Positions 1 through 8,958 of a stretch of 45,017 nucleotides of DNA are shown here, one piece after another. Positions within the stretch are counted from its first letter, which is position 1. Every line of letters begins with the position of its first letter. The notes beneath the pieces were generated by a model, which was not told the DNA's origin, did no database searches, and saw nothing but the letters and a program-made list of their open reading frames with translations. This DNA comes from a virus (lineage: Duplodnaviria > Caudoviricetes). Position numbers and translations under genes: made by a program. Location: positions 1 to 45,017 of the IMG/VR virus record IMGVR_UViG_3300024996_000126. One strand, given 5' to 3'.

Positions 1-978
1 CTAAGCCGATTTTTTGCCGGGTTTCGACGGCCCGCTGACGGTCTTCGGCGCCTTGTCGCGCAGGTAGATTCGCGTCGTGTGGGCGTCGGTGTGGCCCAGC
101 AGCTCGGTGGCATTCTTGCCCTCGCGGTCAGCTTCGGTGCCCGACATCGCCCGCAGGTCGTGCAGCGTCACGTCATCGATGCCGGCGGCGCGTGTCGCAT
201 CCTTGAAGTGGCGCCAGACATTCTGTCTCTCTCGCTTTGTTCCGGCGCGCCCGGACAGCAGGTACCGGGCCGATTTGATGCTGTATTTCAGCCTGCGAGC
301 CCGTTCCACCACGGCGCGTAGCTCGGGCGTCCAGGCCACCACCAGCTTCTTTCCGGTCTTCTCCTGCTCGAAGAAGATGCCGTCGTCCTGCAGGTGGCCG
401 TATTCGATCTTGAGGACGTCGCCGATCCGCTGGCCAGTCAGGTAGCAGATGTCCATGATGACCTGGATCCAGTCCGGCGCCTTGGCATAGATGGCCTGGT
501 ACTCGCGCCACGTGATCAGCCGATCGCGCTGGCCGGCCGGCAGCCGCTTGACCGACAGGGTGGGGTTGGCGAGCACGATTTCCCGATCCATCGCCCATTG
601 GAAAATCAGCTTCAGCGTGGTCAGCAGATGGTTGCCGGTGGCCGCGCGTTCGCGCCACATGTCCTGCATCTGCACGATGGCGCCGTGCGTGACCTGCTCC
701 GGCCGAAACTCGGCGAAGGTCTCCTTCAGAATGCCGGCGCAGCGCCGGTAGATTCGAGCGGTTGAAGCCGATACGTCCCGTGTGATGTTGGGCAGGGCCT
801 TGTCGACCAGGGCAGGGAAGCCGTTCTCGGGCACGGCCACGATGCCTGCGTATTCCAGCAGGGCGGTGTGCAGGTCGTCGCCGAGGCGCGTCCACTTGCC
901 CTTGTGGACGTAGTAGAACGCGCCGTGGCGCTGGTACACGCACGCCGGCAGGTGTCTATCCTTTTTGCGTGGCCGCAT
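1..978 (-). CDS. int: Tyrosine recombinase / phage integrase
   Basis: Catalytic motifs TGQRIGD (R), HDLR (HxxR), LLGH...TTRIY (H/Y); N-terminal arm-binding-like segment. Confidence 0.95.
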   Translation of the reverse strand: MRPRKKDRHLPACVYQRHGAFYYVHKGKWTRLGDDLHTALLEYAGIVAVPENGFPALVDKALPNITRDVSASTARIYRRCAGILKETFAEFRPEQVTHGAIVQMQDMWRERAATGNHLLTTLKLIFQWAMDREIVLANPTLSVKRLPAGQRDRLITWREYQAIYAKAPDWIQVIMDICYLTGQRIGDVLKIEYGHLQDDGIFFEQEKTGKKLVVAWTPELRAVVERARRLKYSIKSARYLLSGRAGTKRERQNVWRHFKDATRAAGIDDVTLHDLRAMSGTEADREGKNATELLGHTDAHTTRIYLRDKAPKTVSGPSKPGKKSA

Positions 979-1207
979 GTCCAGATCCTCTTAGTGTGGC
1001 GGGCACGCGCAGCTGTGGCGCCGGCGTACCGCGGCTGGCCACCTTCACGCCCAGCATCGCCTCCACAACGGCCACGGCCACCAGGGGGCTACCGTCTGTG
1101 CTGCGGGCCATGTGGGGTATGCCCATCTCGCGCAGCGCCCGCAGTTGCGCCTTGTATTTCGTCTTGCCGGTGATCTGCTCGACGTCTTCCGGGGTGCATA
1201 TCAGCAT
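956..1207 (-). CDS. Excisionase-like small DNA-binding protein (DUF4224-like)
   Basis: MLICTPEDVEQITGKTKYKAQLRALREMGIPH...DGSPLV; AGGAGG RBS before ATG 1207; overlaps the int start. Confidence 0.75.
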   Translation of the reverse strand: MLICTPEDVEQITGKTKYKAQLRALREMGIPHMARSTDGSPLVAVAVVEAMLGVKVASRGTPAPQLRVPATLRGSGHAATQKG

Positions 1208-1326
1208 ACTGCCTCCTGTGAGCGCCCTTTGATCTGCTTGCCGCAACCTCGCGCCAGCTCTAGCTGTCGCTGATCTGTCATATGGTTTTCCACGCGGTTA
1301 TCCACGGCTACTGTGGGTAAGTTCAT
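1201..1326 (-). CDS. Possible 41-aa coupling ORF (MNLPTVAVDNRVENH...)
   Basis: ATG overlaps the methylase stop; its own stop overlaps the xis start. No recognisable family. Confidence 0.3.
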   Translation of the reverse strand: MNLPTVAVDNRVENHMTDQRQLELARGCGKQIKGRSQEAVC

Positions 1327-3137
1327 GGTGCCAGCCCTCCGCGCACAGCGATAGCCTCGGCCACTGGCCGGACCCAGATCGGGGTGCTGGACAGTTGAAA
1401 GGTCTCGCCGCTCCTGGCCAGCAGGATGGTGCGGCCGATTTCGTTGCCGATGGCCTGGGCGGCCCGGCGCGGCACGGCGTTGCCGATGTGCTCGCGGTGG
1501 ACCTGGTCGGAGCTGCCGTGCATCAGGAACGGCGCCTGGCCGGCCTCGGCGTAGTCGTCGGGGTCGTAGATGCTCTGCAGGGCGGCCAGCTCAAGCGTGG
1601 TGAACGGCCGGTGCCATGTGCCGTCCAGCGACGTGATGCGGCACACCAGGCGGTCATCTGGCGTCGGCATGGGCCTGGGGTCGGCGACGGACCAGCGGCC
1701 GTTGTCGTGGCACGCCGAGCCGGACACGGCGCCGCTGGACTGATCGAACGCCACCACACCGTAATGGCCGCCGGTCAGGTAGTTGTCGCCGCGGGCGCGC
1801 CGCATGCCGCTGCGCGGATCGGCGACCGCGAAGGCGCCTTGGCCGGTGGTGCTGGCGCCGATGACCGTGCCGGCTGGATCCTGCCAGTCGACGATCCGAT
1901 ATTTCCCCTTGCCGTGGAATCCAGATGTGGCCCTGGGGTCGGCCACGCACTGGCCGCTGCCGTGGGCGCCGGTCACCGCCCGGGCGGCATGCTCCCAGGC
2001 CACGATCCGGTATTCGTTGCTGTGCTTCGCCGGGCCCTGATGGCGGGGATCGGCCACGCTGAAGGTCCCTTGGCCGGGAGACTTCACGCCGCTGATCGCG
2101 CCGCTGGCGTCTTCCCAGCGCCGGACGCCGTAGGCCTGGCCGTCTTTCCAATGGGCGGACGGATCGAAGCGGGGGTCAGCGATCGAGAAAGCGCCGTTGG
2201 TGGGGCTATTGCGGCCGGCGATTGTGCCGGTGTTGTCCGCCCAGCCATGCACTCCGAGGTAACCCGCCCGATATTCCGGCACGATCAGGAAGTCCCGCAG
2301 GTGGCCGTCCTCGACAGCCAGCTTGTTCAGGCTGCGCCAGTCGCTGCCCGCCTCGACGAAGGCCAGCCGCACCCAGGTCTTCCAGCTGAGACTGGGGACG
2401 CGGTGCATGGGGCCGGCGGCCGGGTCCCCGGGCAGGTGCATGCGGCCCAGGACTTCGCCGACGCCGCGAAGCAGGCGCTTCGGCGGCTCGTAGATGAACG
2501 CCGGCACTTTTTCCGCATGGCGGGCGATCAGCAGGAACCGCTTCCGGCTCTGGGCCAGGCCGCCGAGTTCGCCGCAGTCGTGCGTGGTCTCGCGCACAAC
2601 GTAGCCGTAATGGCGCAACATGCCGGTGATCTGGTCCAGCAGATGCCGGCCACGCGTGGCGATGCGCGGGACGTTCTCGAACAGGATGACAGGCACCGGG
2701 TCATCGGCCCAGGCCTCCAGCATCAGCCAGACGCCGCGCAGGGTCAGTTCGTTCAGGGCCTGGTAGCGGCGAGTCTTCGCATGCGCCGCCGGCAGCAGGC
2801 CGCTGAATCCCTTGCAGGGCGCGGACAGGAACACGATGTCGGGGCGCAGGTGCTGGGCGGCAATACGGATGTCGTCGGGCCCAGCCTCGACCCAGCCGGC
2901 CGGCGGTTCGTGGCCGTGCCAGGCCTCGTACTGCTGCCGACTGAACAGGTCACGCACGGTGCACGGTACGCCGGCCAGCATGCGGAAGTCCTCGGCACCC
3001 ACCGGATCGACGTCCATGCCGCCCAGGCAGACCATGCGGCCCTGCAGGCCGGGGCTCTCGGGCCGGGCATCATTGAAGCCGGCGGCGCCGGATCCGGAGC
3101 CGCAAAATAGGTGGAAGTGCCTGATGTCAGCTAACAT
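1323..3137 (-). CDS. DNA (cytosine-5) methyltransferase with tandem repeats in the variable region
   Basis: Motif I FCGSGSG, motif IV APCKGFS, motif VI FENVP, motif VIII QSRKR, motif IX RPFTTLELAALQ, motif X IGNAVP. Start placed at MLADIRHF (3137); an in-frame ATG at 3245 is also possible. Confidence 0.92.
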   Translation of the reverse strand: MLADIRHFHLFCGSGSGAAGFNDARPESPGLQGRMVCLGGMDVDPVGAEDFRMLAGVPCTVRDLFSRQQYEAWHGHEPPAGWVEAGPDDIRIAAQHLRPDIVFLSAPCKGFSGLLPAAHAKTRRYQALNELTLRGVWLMLEAWADDPVPVILFENVPRIATRGRHLLDQITGMLRHYGYVVRETTHDCGELGGLAQSRKRFLLIARHAEKVPAFIYEPPKRLLRGVGEVLGRMHLPGDPAAGPMHRVPSLSWKTWVRLAFVEAGSDWRSLNKLAVEDGHLRDFLIVPEYRAGYLGVHGWADNTGTIAGRNSPTNGAFSIADPRFDPSAHWKDGQAYGVRRWEDASGAISGVKSPGQGTFSVADPRHQGPAKHSNEYRIVAWEHAARAVTGAHGSGQCVADPRATSGFHGKGKYRIVDWQDPAGTVIGASTTGQGAFAVADPRSGMRRARGDNYLTGGHYGVVAFDQSSGAVSGSACHDNGRWSVADPRPMPTPDDRLVCRITSLDGTWHRPFTTLELAALQSIYDPDDYAEAGQAPFLMHGSSDQVHREHIGNAVPRRAAQAIGNEIGRTILLARSGETFQLSSTPIWVRPVAEAIAVRGGLAP

Positions 3138-3170
3138 TAAATTCGGTTCCCAGAAAAATGGAGAGGGATC

Positions 3171-3401
3171 ATGAAAGATCCGTTTGGGCTGAAAGAAAAA
3201 TTGGCTGCGCTCGTGGAGGCGCAGGGCCGTCTTCAGGCTCTCCATGAGGAAATGGATGAACTTGAGAAGCGCTTCATGGCCGAAGACGACAAAGCCCCCG
3301 ATGAAATAAATGCGCTTGGTCCTGAATATGTGGAACTGCAAGGTGAGGTCGAAGAGCTGCGGTCCCAGTACAACGAGGCATTGAGGCAAGCCGGGCTCTG
3401 A
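3171..3401 (+). CDS. Small acidic coiled-coil protein, antisense cargo gene (moron)
   Basis: 76 aa, GGAGAGGG RBS, AT-richer codon usage, opposite strand to flanking operon. Confidence 0.7.
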   Translation: MKDPFGLKEKLAALVEAQGRLQALHEEMDELEKRFMAEDDKAPDEINALGPEYVELQGEVEELRSQYNEALRQAGL

Positions 3402-3439
3402 GCGATGGTTTTCTCGCGGTCGGTGCAAAATTTGCGCAT
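3233..3439 (-). CDS. Putative 68-aa sense-strand bridge ORF (MRKFCTDREK...) over the antisense moron
   Basis: GGAG RBS before ATG 3439; its 3' end overlaps an ATG (3245) that is in frame with the methylase. Confidence 0.35.
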   Translation of the reverse strand: MRKFCTDREKTIAQSPACLNASLYWDRSSSTSPCSSTYSGPSAFISSGALSSSAMKRFSSSSISSWRA

Positions 3440-3521
3440 CTCAATCTCCAATAGGGTGGGCAGGCGCAGCGGCGAGTTGGGATAGGGAGACCGTGCCGCC
3501 GCGCCCTTTGTGCCCGTTGAT

Positions 3522-5315
3522 CTATGCCGCTGTCGTTTCCGCGACAGCCGTGCTTTCCGCAATCCGTCCGCCTTCGACCCAGTGGCCGGTCACGCACGGG
3601 AAACTCCCGAAATTCGGCAGCTTCTTGAAAGTCCCGAACACCAGCGCGGTGTCGATCCGGCCGGCCTCGGCCAGGGCGTCCAGGCCCGCGATGCAGTCGG
3701 CGCGGCTCGCAAGGTCCAGGATCCCGAATTCGTCGAGCGCCACCAGCTTGAGGTCCGACAGGTCGGCCAGGGCCAGCGCGATCTGCGCGTCGGCGCGCCA
3801 GCGCTCGGAGGCCGACAGCAGGACGTAGGGCCGCCCGCCCACGTAGACGTCGATGTCGCTGTTGACGATCTCGACGCGCGGGAAATTCAGCGTGCGCTGC
3901 AGGCCGGCCAGGATCCGGTTCACCGGGCCCAGGCCCTTGAGCAGGATGTCGGCCGGGATGCCATCGGACGACAGCGCGTCGACGGCCGCCTGCCAGTCCT
4001 GGGCGTCACGGTGCGCGGCTGCCGCCGCCTTCGTGCGGCCCTGCGCCTGGCCGGCGGCCTGCTGAGCGGCCTGCTGGTTGCGCAGATCGGCGCTGACCTG
4101 TGCCAGTTCGGTTTCGGCTGCCAGCAGGAAATCGCGGATGCGGTCCACGTCGGCCTGGCTGCCGCGCTCCACGTTCTGCTGCAGGCGGGCACCGGCGGCC
4201 CGGGCGGCCTCGATGTCGCGGCGGTCGTTATCCACGGACCGTTGCATGAGGTCGCGGGCCTTGCGGGCTTCGGGCAGCTTGGCCGCGGCTTCGGGGTCGG
4301 CCTGGGCGTCCACGGCGCCGTACTGGGCCTCATAGGCTGGCAACGCTTCGGCATGCTCGTACAAGTTGCCGCCGTAGTTATCGGTCAGGAATTTGACCGC
4401 CCGCGCCAGGTCATGCACCAGCCCGATACGTGGCCCGGTGCCTGCCCGCTGCTCGAGCTGCTGGACCTGCTCGGCCCACTGCTGCAGCTCGGCCTCGTCG
4501 CGCGCCAGCTTGTCCTGGGCTGCGGCCAGCCTGGCGAACGCCTTTTCGTCGGCCTCGCGGTTTTCCTGGGTACCCAGCCAGGCCTTCAGCTTCTGCTCGG
4601 CGGCACCCAGTTCGGTGCGGCCGTTGGCGATGCGGTGGCGCAGATCGTCGGCCTTGGCTTGCAGCTTGCTGATGGCGGCCTCATCGACAGGGGCCCCGGC
4701 CGGCGCCGCCCAGCCTTCGGCCTTCACGTGGCCATAAGTCTCGCCGGTCGTCGCCTTCCAGCTGGCCTTGGCGTCGCGGCAGCGCTCTTCCGCGAATTTC
4801 GCCGCCGCCTGGAAGCCTGCGCGCAGCATGGGCGTCACCGACTCGATCACGGCGTCCGTCAGGCCGCGCTCGCGCATGGCGGCCACGATGTCGTCCTTGT
4901 TGCTGGTGGCGCCGGTCAGCGTAAACAGCAGCTGGCGGCGGTCGTCGGCGCTGGTCTGGGCGAATGCCGCCGGCTCCAGGCAGTAGGGCAGCGCCAAGCG
5001 CTGGCGCTCCCAGTCGGCCATCTTCAGGTCATGCACCAGTTCCTGTTTGCCAGCCGGCGCGGTGAATGTGGCCTGGCCGCCGTTGATGTCCAGCACCACG
5101 CTGCCGCCCTTGGCGTCGTCGTGGACCAGCATGCCCAAGTCCTTCTTTTTCAGGACCCGCTCGGGCATGCCCAGCAGCGCGGCGCGGATGGCTTCGCGCA
5201 CACTGGACTTGCCGGCGTGGTTCGCGCCGCAGAAGGCCGTGACCGGCGTAGGCAGGGCGACGTCCACCTGGGCCACGCCCAGGATGTTTTCGATTGCGAT
5301 GTGGGTGAGTTTCAT
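3522..5315 (-). CDS. SbcC/RecN/SMC-like ABC-type ATPase with coiled coil
   Basis: Walker A GANHAGKSS, central coiled coil, signature-like LSASE, Walker B LVALDE. Confidence 0.85.
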   Translation of the reverse strand: MKLTHIAIENILGVAQVDVALPTPVTAFCGANHAGKSSVREAIRAALLGMPERVLKKKDLGMLVHDDAKGGSVVLDINGGQATFTAPAGKQELVHDLKMADWERQRLALPYCLEPAAFAQTSADDRRQLLFTLTGATSNKDDIVAAMRERGLTDAVIESVTPMLRAGFQAAAKFAEERCRDAKASWKATTGETYGHVKAEGWAAPAGAPVDEAAISKLQAKADDLRHRIANGRTELGAAEQKLKAWLGTQENREADEKAFARLAAAQDKLARDEAELQQWAEQVQQLEQRAGTGPRIGLVHDLARAVKFLTDNYGGNLYEHAEALPAYEAQYGAVDAQADPEAAAKLPEARKARDLMQRSVDNDRRDIEAARAAGARLQQNVERGSQADVDRIRDFLLAAETELAQVSADLRNQQAAQQAAGQAQGRTKAAAAAHRDAQDWQAAVDALSSDGIPADILLKGLGPVNRILAGLQRTLNFPRVEIVNSDIDVYVGGRPYVLLSASERWRADAQIALALADLSDLKLVALDEFGILDLASRADCIAGLDALAEAGRIDTALVFGTFKKLPNFGSFPCVTGHWVEGGRIAESTAVAETTAA

Positions 5316-5767
5316 GCTGCCGCCCTCCCACCGAAGTCCAGTTCGGGCTGCGGCTCGATGAGAATATCGACTTCGTCGGCGACGAACTCCGCCAGTTGCG
5401 CAACCTCATCAGCCATGGGCTGGATGCTGATACCGAAGGTCATTTCGACCAAGTGGCCGTCCTTTGGCTTGAGGCTGAACTTGCTGACCTCGACGCTGCC
5501 GTATCGGCGGCCCAGGATAGTCAGATCGCAGTTCATGACCGTGGTCGAGAACCCAATTGGCTGCAGGGCGGGATTCTTCACGGCCCCAGCATCGGTATAG
5601 AGGGCGAAACGCAGGGCGTCGTCGAAGAAATCGAACATCGCGGCGTTGGTCGTGCATAGGAACTTGACGTCCACAGTGAGGACCTTTTCCTCTTCCGGGC
5701 CTTCCTTGCGGCAGTTCAGGTGCCGGATCTCCGCCGGGCCGCTGTAGGTGAACTTGTCCATGGCCAT
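5312..5767 (-). CDS. Phage hypothetical protein
   Basis: About 150 aa, overlapping start/stop with both neighbours. Confidence 0.7.
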   Translation of the reverse strand: MAMDKFTYSGPAEIRHLNCRKEGPEEEKVLTVDVKFLCTTNAAMFDFFDDALRFALYTDAGAVKNPALQPIGFSTTVMNCDLTILGRRYGSVEVSKFSLKPKDGHLVEMTFGISIQPMADEVAQLAEFVADEVDILIEPQPELDFGGRAAA

Positions 5768-6942
5768 CACTCCATGTCGGCCGCATCAGCGCGGCGGCGG
5801 GGTTGGCGGGTGGTGGATGCGGGGGCTGCGGCTGTCTGGCGCTGCTGCGGCTCGTCGGGGAAGGGCAGGCCCGGATCGTTGTCGATCACGCCGTCGAGTT
5901 CGTCCAGGCGGCGCTGATAGGCGGCCTGAAGTTCCGCGGCGCGGGCGGGGTCGCAGTCCTGGATGCTGTCGGCGGCCACGCCCAGGACGTCGTGGTCCTT
6001 GGCGGCCTTGATGCTGGTCAGGACCTTGTCGGCGTCGAGATATTCGGGGGCGGCCGCCTGCTTGTGCTGGCCGACCGGCGCGGGATCGGCGGTGTCGGCT
6101 GACGTGGCGGCCCGTCCGTCGCCGGCGTCGTCTTCGTCGCCGTCGTCCACGGGCGTGATGTAGTCACCCTCGAGCACGTTATCCAGGGCCTGAGACCGGC
6201 CGGCCGCATTCAGTTCATCCAGGGCGGCGGCGCTGGCCAACTCGATGGAGACCGGCAGATACTTCACCAGGCGGCGCAGCACGGTCTTGCGGCCCATCTC
6301 GGCGTAGTGCTGCCCCCAGACCGTCGAGCGCTTATCCTTGGCGAACTTGTAGTTCTGGCTGTTGTCGCGGATTTCGTTGATCTGCTCGGCGCTCATGACC
6401 TCGAAGGCGTGGCCGCCACCCTGCAGCTTGGCAACCGCGTAGAAAGCGATCACCGGGCCGCGCGCGCCCATGGTGGGCTTGTGCGCCAGAGTCTCGTCCA
6501 GGCCGTAGCTGTATTCGAACTCGTCGTTCGCGCAGACCTCGTGGGCGGCGATGCTCACGATCTGGCCGCTGCGGCGCGCCAGGTCGATCAGGCCCTTGTA
6601 GCCCAGTACGATCTGGACTTCGGTGACGCCCTTCTTGCGGTTTTCGAACGGGATCAGGTAGGCGTGGCCAAGCGGCGTATTCGGCTCCAAGCCGAGCTGT
6701 GAGCAGTGCACGACGGCGCCCATGAGCGATTCGACGCTGCAGTTCATGAGCTTGGGCGTCGTGCGCAGCGCACCCAGCGCGATCTTGAGCATGCGGTCGG
6801 CGCCGACGTGCTTGGGCAGCACCGCGGCGAGCGTGCCCTTCTGGCTCTCGAAGAACTTCTTCACGTTGCCGATTCCGGCCTCGCGGGCGACCATCTTGGA
6901 GGTCTGCTTCAGTTCGGCAAGGGATGTGGGATTTGCGGCCAT
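5767..6942 (-). CDS. recT: RecT-family single-strand annealing recombinase
   Basis: QLGLEPNTPLGHAYLIPF, LGYKGLIDLARRSGQI, EMGRKTVLRRLVKYLPVS. Confidence 0.95.
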   Translation of the reverse strand: MAANPTSLAELKQTSKMVAREAGIGNVKKFFESQKGTLAAVLPKHVGADRMLKIALGALRTTPKLMNCSVESLMGAVVHCSQLGLEPNTPLGHAYLIPFENRKKGVTEVQIVLGYKGLIDLARRSGQIVSIAAHEVCANDEFEYSYGLDETLAHKPTMGARGPVIAFYAVAKLQGGGHAFEVMSAEQINEIRDNSQNYKFAKDKRSTVWGQHYAEMGRKTVLRRLVKYLPVSIELASAAALDELNAAGRSQALDNVLEGDYITPVDDGDEDDAGDGRAATSADTADPAPVGQHKQAAAPEYLDADKVLTSIKAAKDHDVLGVAADSIQDCDPARAAELQAAYQRRLDELDGVIDNDPGLPFPDEPQQRQTAAAPASTTRQPRRRADAADME

Positions 6943-6957
6943 GGTGGCGGTCTCCTA

Positions 6958-7872
6958 TCAGTAGGTTTCGATGTCGGTCAGCGCCCAGGCGGGCAGGGAT
7001 ACGGGCTGGATGCCAGTGGGGTAGCCCGGCCACTCGCCGGACTTCAGGCAGGCGGCGTAGGTGTCGAGGTTGCGGCGATACTCGGCGCGGCCCTGCTCGA
7101 GGGCGGCGTCATCCAGCATCACGGCGCTGGCCGCGTAGGGGTATTCGGTTTCGACGGCCAGGAACACGAAGGCCAGCACGTCCACGCCGGCGGCCTGGGC
7201 GTAACCGTCGCTGTAGTAGGCGGCCTGCACGTGGTAGCGCATGCGAGCGATCTGGCGGGCGAACTCGAGCGGCGAGGCGTTGCTGTAGGTCTTCACGTCC
7301 ACTGGGATGACGCGCCCAGGCCCGGCGTCATGCACCCAGTCCGGACGGCAGCGGCACAGCACGCCCGTCACCGGGTCGCGCCAGTACGCGGAGACCTCCG
7401 GGCGGCCACGGTCCAGCGCGTCGCGGATGTCGGGCAGCTTGCGCACGCTCTCGGCCTGGCGCAGGGCGGTCTCGCGCTGGTCGTGCGTGATGACGACGCG
7501 GCCTTCGTTGGCGGCCAGCCATTCGCGCCACCAAGTCATGGCCTGCAGGCTGTCGCTGCTGGGATTCTTGGCGTTCCACTGCGCGCTGGTGGGCCGGCGC
7601 GGCGCGTCCGCAGGCAGCACGGCATAGCGGCGGTCGAACTCGGCGGGCTCTAGGATCGCGCAGTGCGCCAGGTGCCCGACCAGGCGCGCCGGCGTCTCGT
7701 CGTTGGCCTTCGGCGGCCGTGCCGTGTCCAGGTATTCGGCGTAGTAGTGCGCCGGACTGCGCTCGATCAGGTCCAGACCGGTTTTGCTGATGCCGGGGCC
7801 CGAGTGGTAGACGTCGATATCCTGGTTGTCGATGATGCCGATCGGGTCGACGGGTTCGGTGACGGCGTTCAT
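6958..7872 (-). CDS. RecE/exonuclease VIII-like PD-(D/E)xK exonuclease
   Basis: GISKTGLD..RSPAHY, CRCRPDW, DVKT, YHVQAAYYSDG; adjacent to recT. Confidence 0.9.
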   Translation of the reverse strand: MNAVTEPVDPIGIIDNQDIDVYHSGPGISKTGLDLIERSPAHYYAEYLDTARPPKANDETPARLVGHLAHCAILEPAEFDRRYAVLPADAPRRPTSAQWNAKNPSSDSLQAMTWWREWLAANEGRVVITHDQRETALRQAESVRKLPDIRDALDRGRPEVSAYWRDPVTGVLCRCRPDWVHDAGPGRVIPVDVKTYSNASPLEFARQIARMRYHVQAAYYSDGYAQAAGVDVLAFVFLAVETEYPYAASAVMLDDAALEQGRAEYRRNLDTYAACLKSGEWPGYPTGIQPVSLPAWALTDIETY

Positions 7873-8177
7873 GCGTATGCTCCCCATTCGGAAAACTTCA
7901 ATGCGTCTTCCGCGGCATCCGCCCGGGCCTGATCGGCCTCGGCGGCGATGGCCGCGATCAGTTCTTGTTCGATGGCGCGGCGGTCCTCGCTCAGCATCAG
8001 CTGCTCGATGTCCGGCGCCGGCTTGCCCCGCAGGTCCAGGACCTGGAAATCGACCTCTTCGGCCTGGCCGGGGTCGGCCCAGTCCATCGGGCCATCCAGC
8101 ACCGGGCGCTCTTCCTTGCGGTGATAGGTCAACCGGACCCGGCAGGGGACGCCCTGGATGTAGGTGGCGAGGATCAT
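7869..8177 (-). CDS. Phage hypothetical protein (MILATYIQGVPCRV...)
   Basis: ATGA overlaps at both ends. Confidence 0.7.
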   Translation of the reverse strand: MILATYIQGVPCRVRLTYHRKEERPVLDGPMDWADPGQAEEVDFQVLDLRGKPAPDIEQLMLSEDRRAIEQELIAAIAAEADQARADAAEDALKFSEWGAYA

Positions 8178-8677
8178 GGCCGCGCCCTCCGCCCCGACAG
8201 CGCCTCGCGGATGATTCCCGCCGCCCGTTCGCACTGCGCGACGTCGAAAAACCCGAAATGGCAGGCCTTGGGCTCGATGCCCATGCGCTCGGCCAGCCAC
8301 AGGTAGGCCGCGTCGCGGTCGGCGCCGAAGCGTTCGTCTGTGATCGTCTTGAACAGGAACTTCGTGTGCTTGCGCTCGTCGCGCGTGTTGCGGTCGGCCA
8401 GCGTGCCCAGCGGCAGGTCGGTATCCGGGTGCAGGCCGACATAGGCGCGGCAGCCCGAGCACAGGTAGACGTATGGCCAATTACCGTACTCGCGGCCGTT
8501 ATAGACCTCGGCATTACTCACGAGGCCGACGCATTCGCCGCAGTGCGGGCAATCCGTAGGCGGGTCGATGCGGTCTTTCACTCGCGCCAGTGCGCGACGA
8601 GAGACATGCGGCAGCGGGGCGGGCGCATCCAGCCTGTCCTTGCTCTTTGAGCGCGGGTCGATTCCGAGGATGATCAT
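8174..8677 (-). CDS. Zinc-finger phage protein (DUF3268-like)
   Basis: CPHCG...YLCSGCRAYVGLHP..PLGTLAD, AYLWLA..MG....CHFG.F. Confidence 0.8.
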   Translation of the reverse strand: MIILGIDPRSKSKDRLDAPAPLPHVSRRALARVKDRIDPPTDCPHCGECVGLVSNAEVYNGREYGNWPYVYLCSGCRAYVGLHPDTDLPLGTLADRNTRDERKHTKFLFKTITDERFGADRDAAYLWLAERMGIEPKACHFGFFDVAQCERAAGIIREALSGRRARP

Positions 8678-8679
8678 GG

Positions 8680-8958
8680 TTAAACCCCCACGAACATCAG
8701 GGCGACGAACCCGGCCAGCGCCAGGACGCCCACGGCGTCATAGCGATCGAATCGCCGGGTGCGCTCGGGCAGATGGATGGCCGGCGACAGCATGATGAGC
8801 AGGGCCGGGTCGCGCAGCACGCCGATTTCGACGCGCGGCGTCATGGTGCGACGCTGGTATGCGGGGACGCTCAGGCCAGGGTGGCTGGTGGCGGCGTCCA
8901 GGCGCTGGGCGCGGCGGCGGGCCTGGGTAAAGCGGGGGTTGATGGCGGGCCTACTCAT
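8680..8958 (-). CDS. Hypothetical protein with C-terminal transmembrane segment
   Basis: C-terminus AVGVLALAGFVALMFVGV; coupled to neighbours. Confidence 0.6.
   Translation of the reverse strand: MSRPAINPRFTQARRRAQRLDAATSHPGLSVPAYQRRTMTPRVEIGVLRDPALLIMLSPAIHLPERTRRFDRYDAVGVLALAGFVALMFVGV

Noticed and set aside
3246-3428. 701-aa version of the methyltransferase starting at TTG 3428
   Set aside because: No RBS for that start; the extension is the shadow of the 3171-3401 gene, and motif I lies just after 3137.
1395-5600. Long + strand ORFs (1395-3110, 3510-5600) and similar ones opposite terL, head and tape-measure genes
   Set aside because: Antisense shadows of well-supported genes in GC-rich DNA, with no RBS, coupling or motifs.
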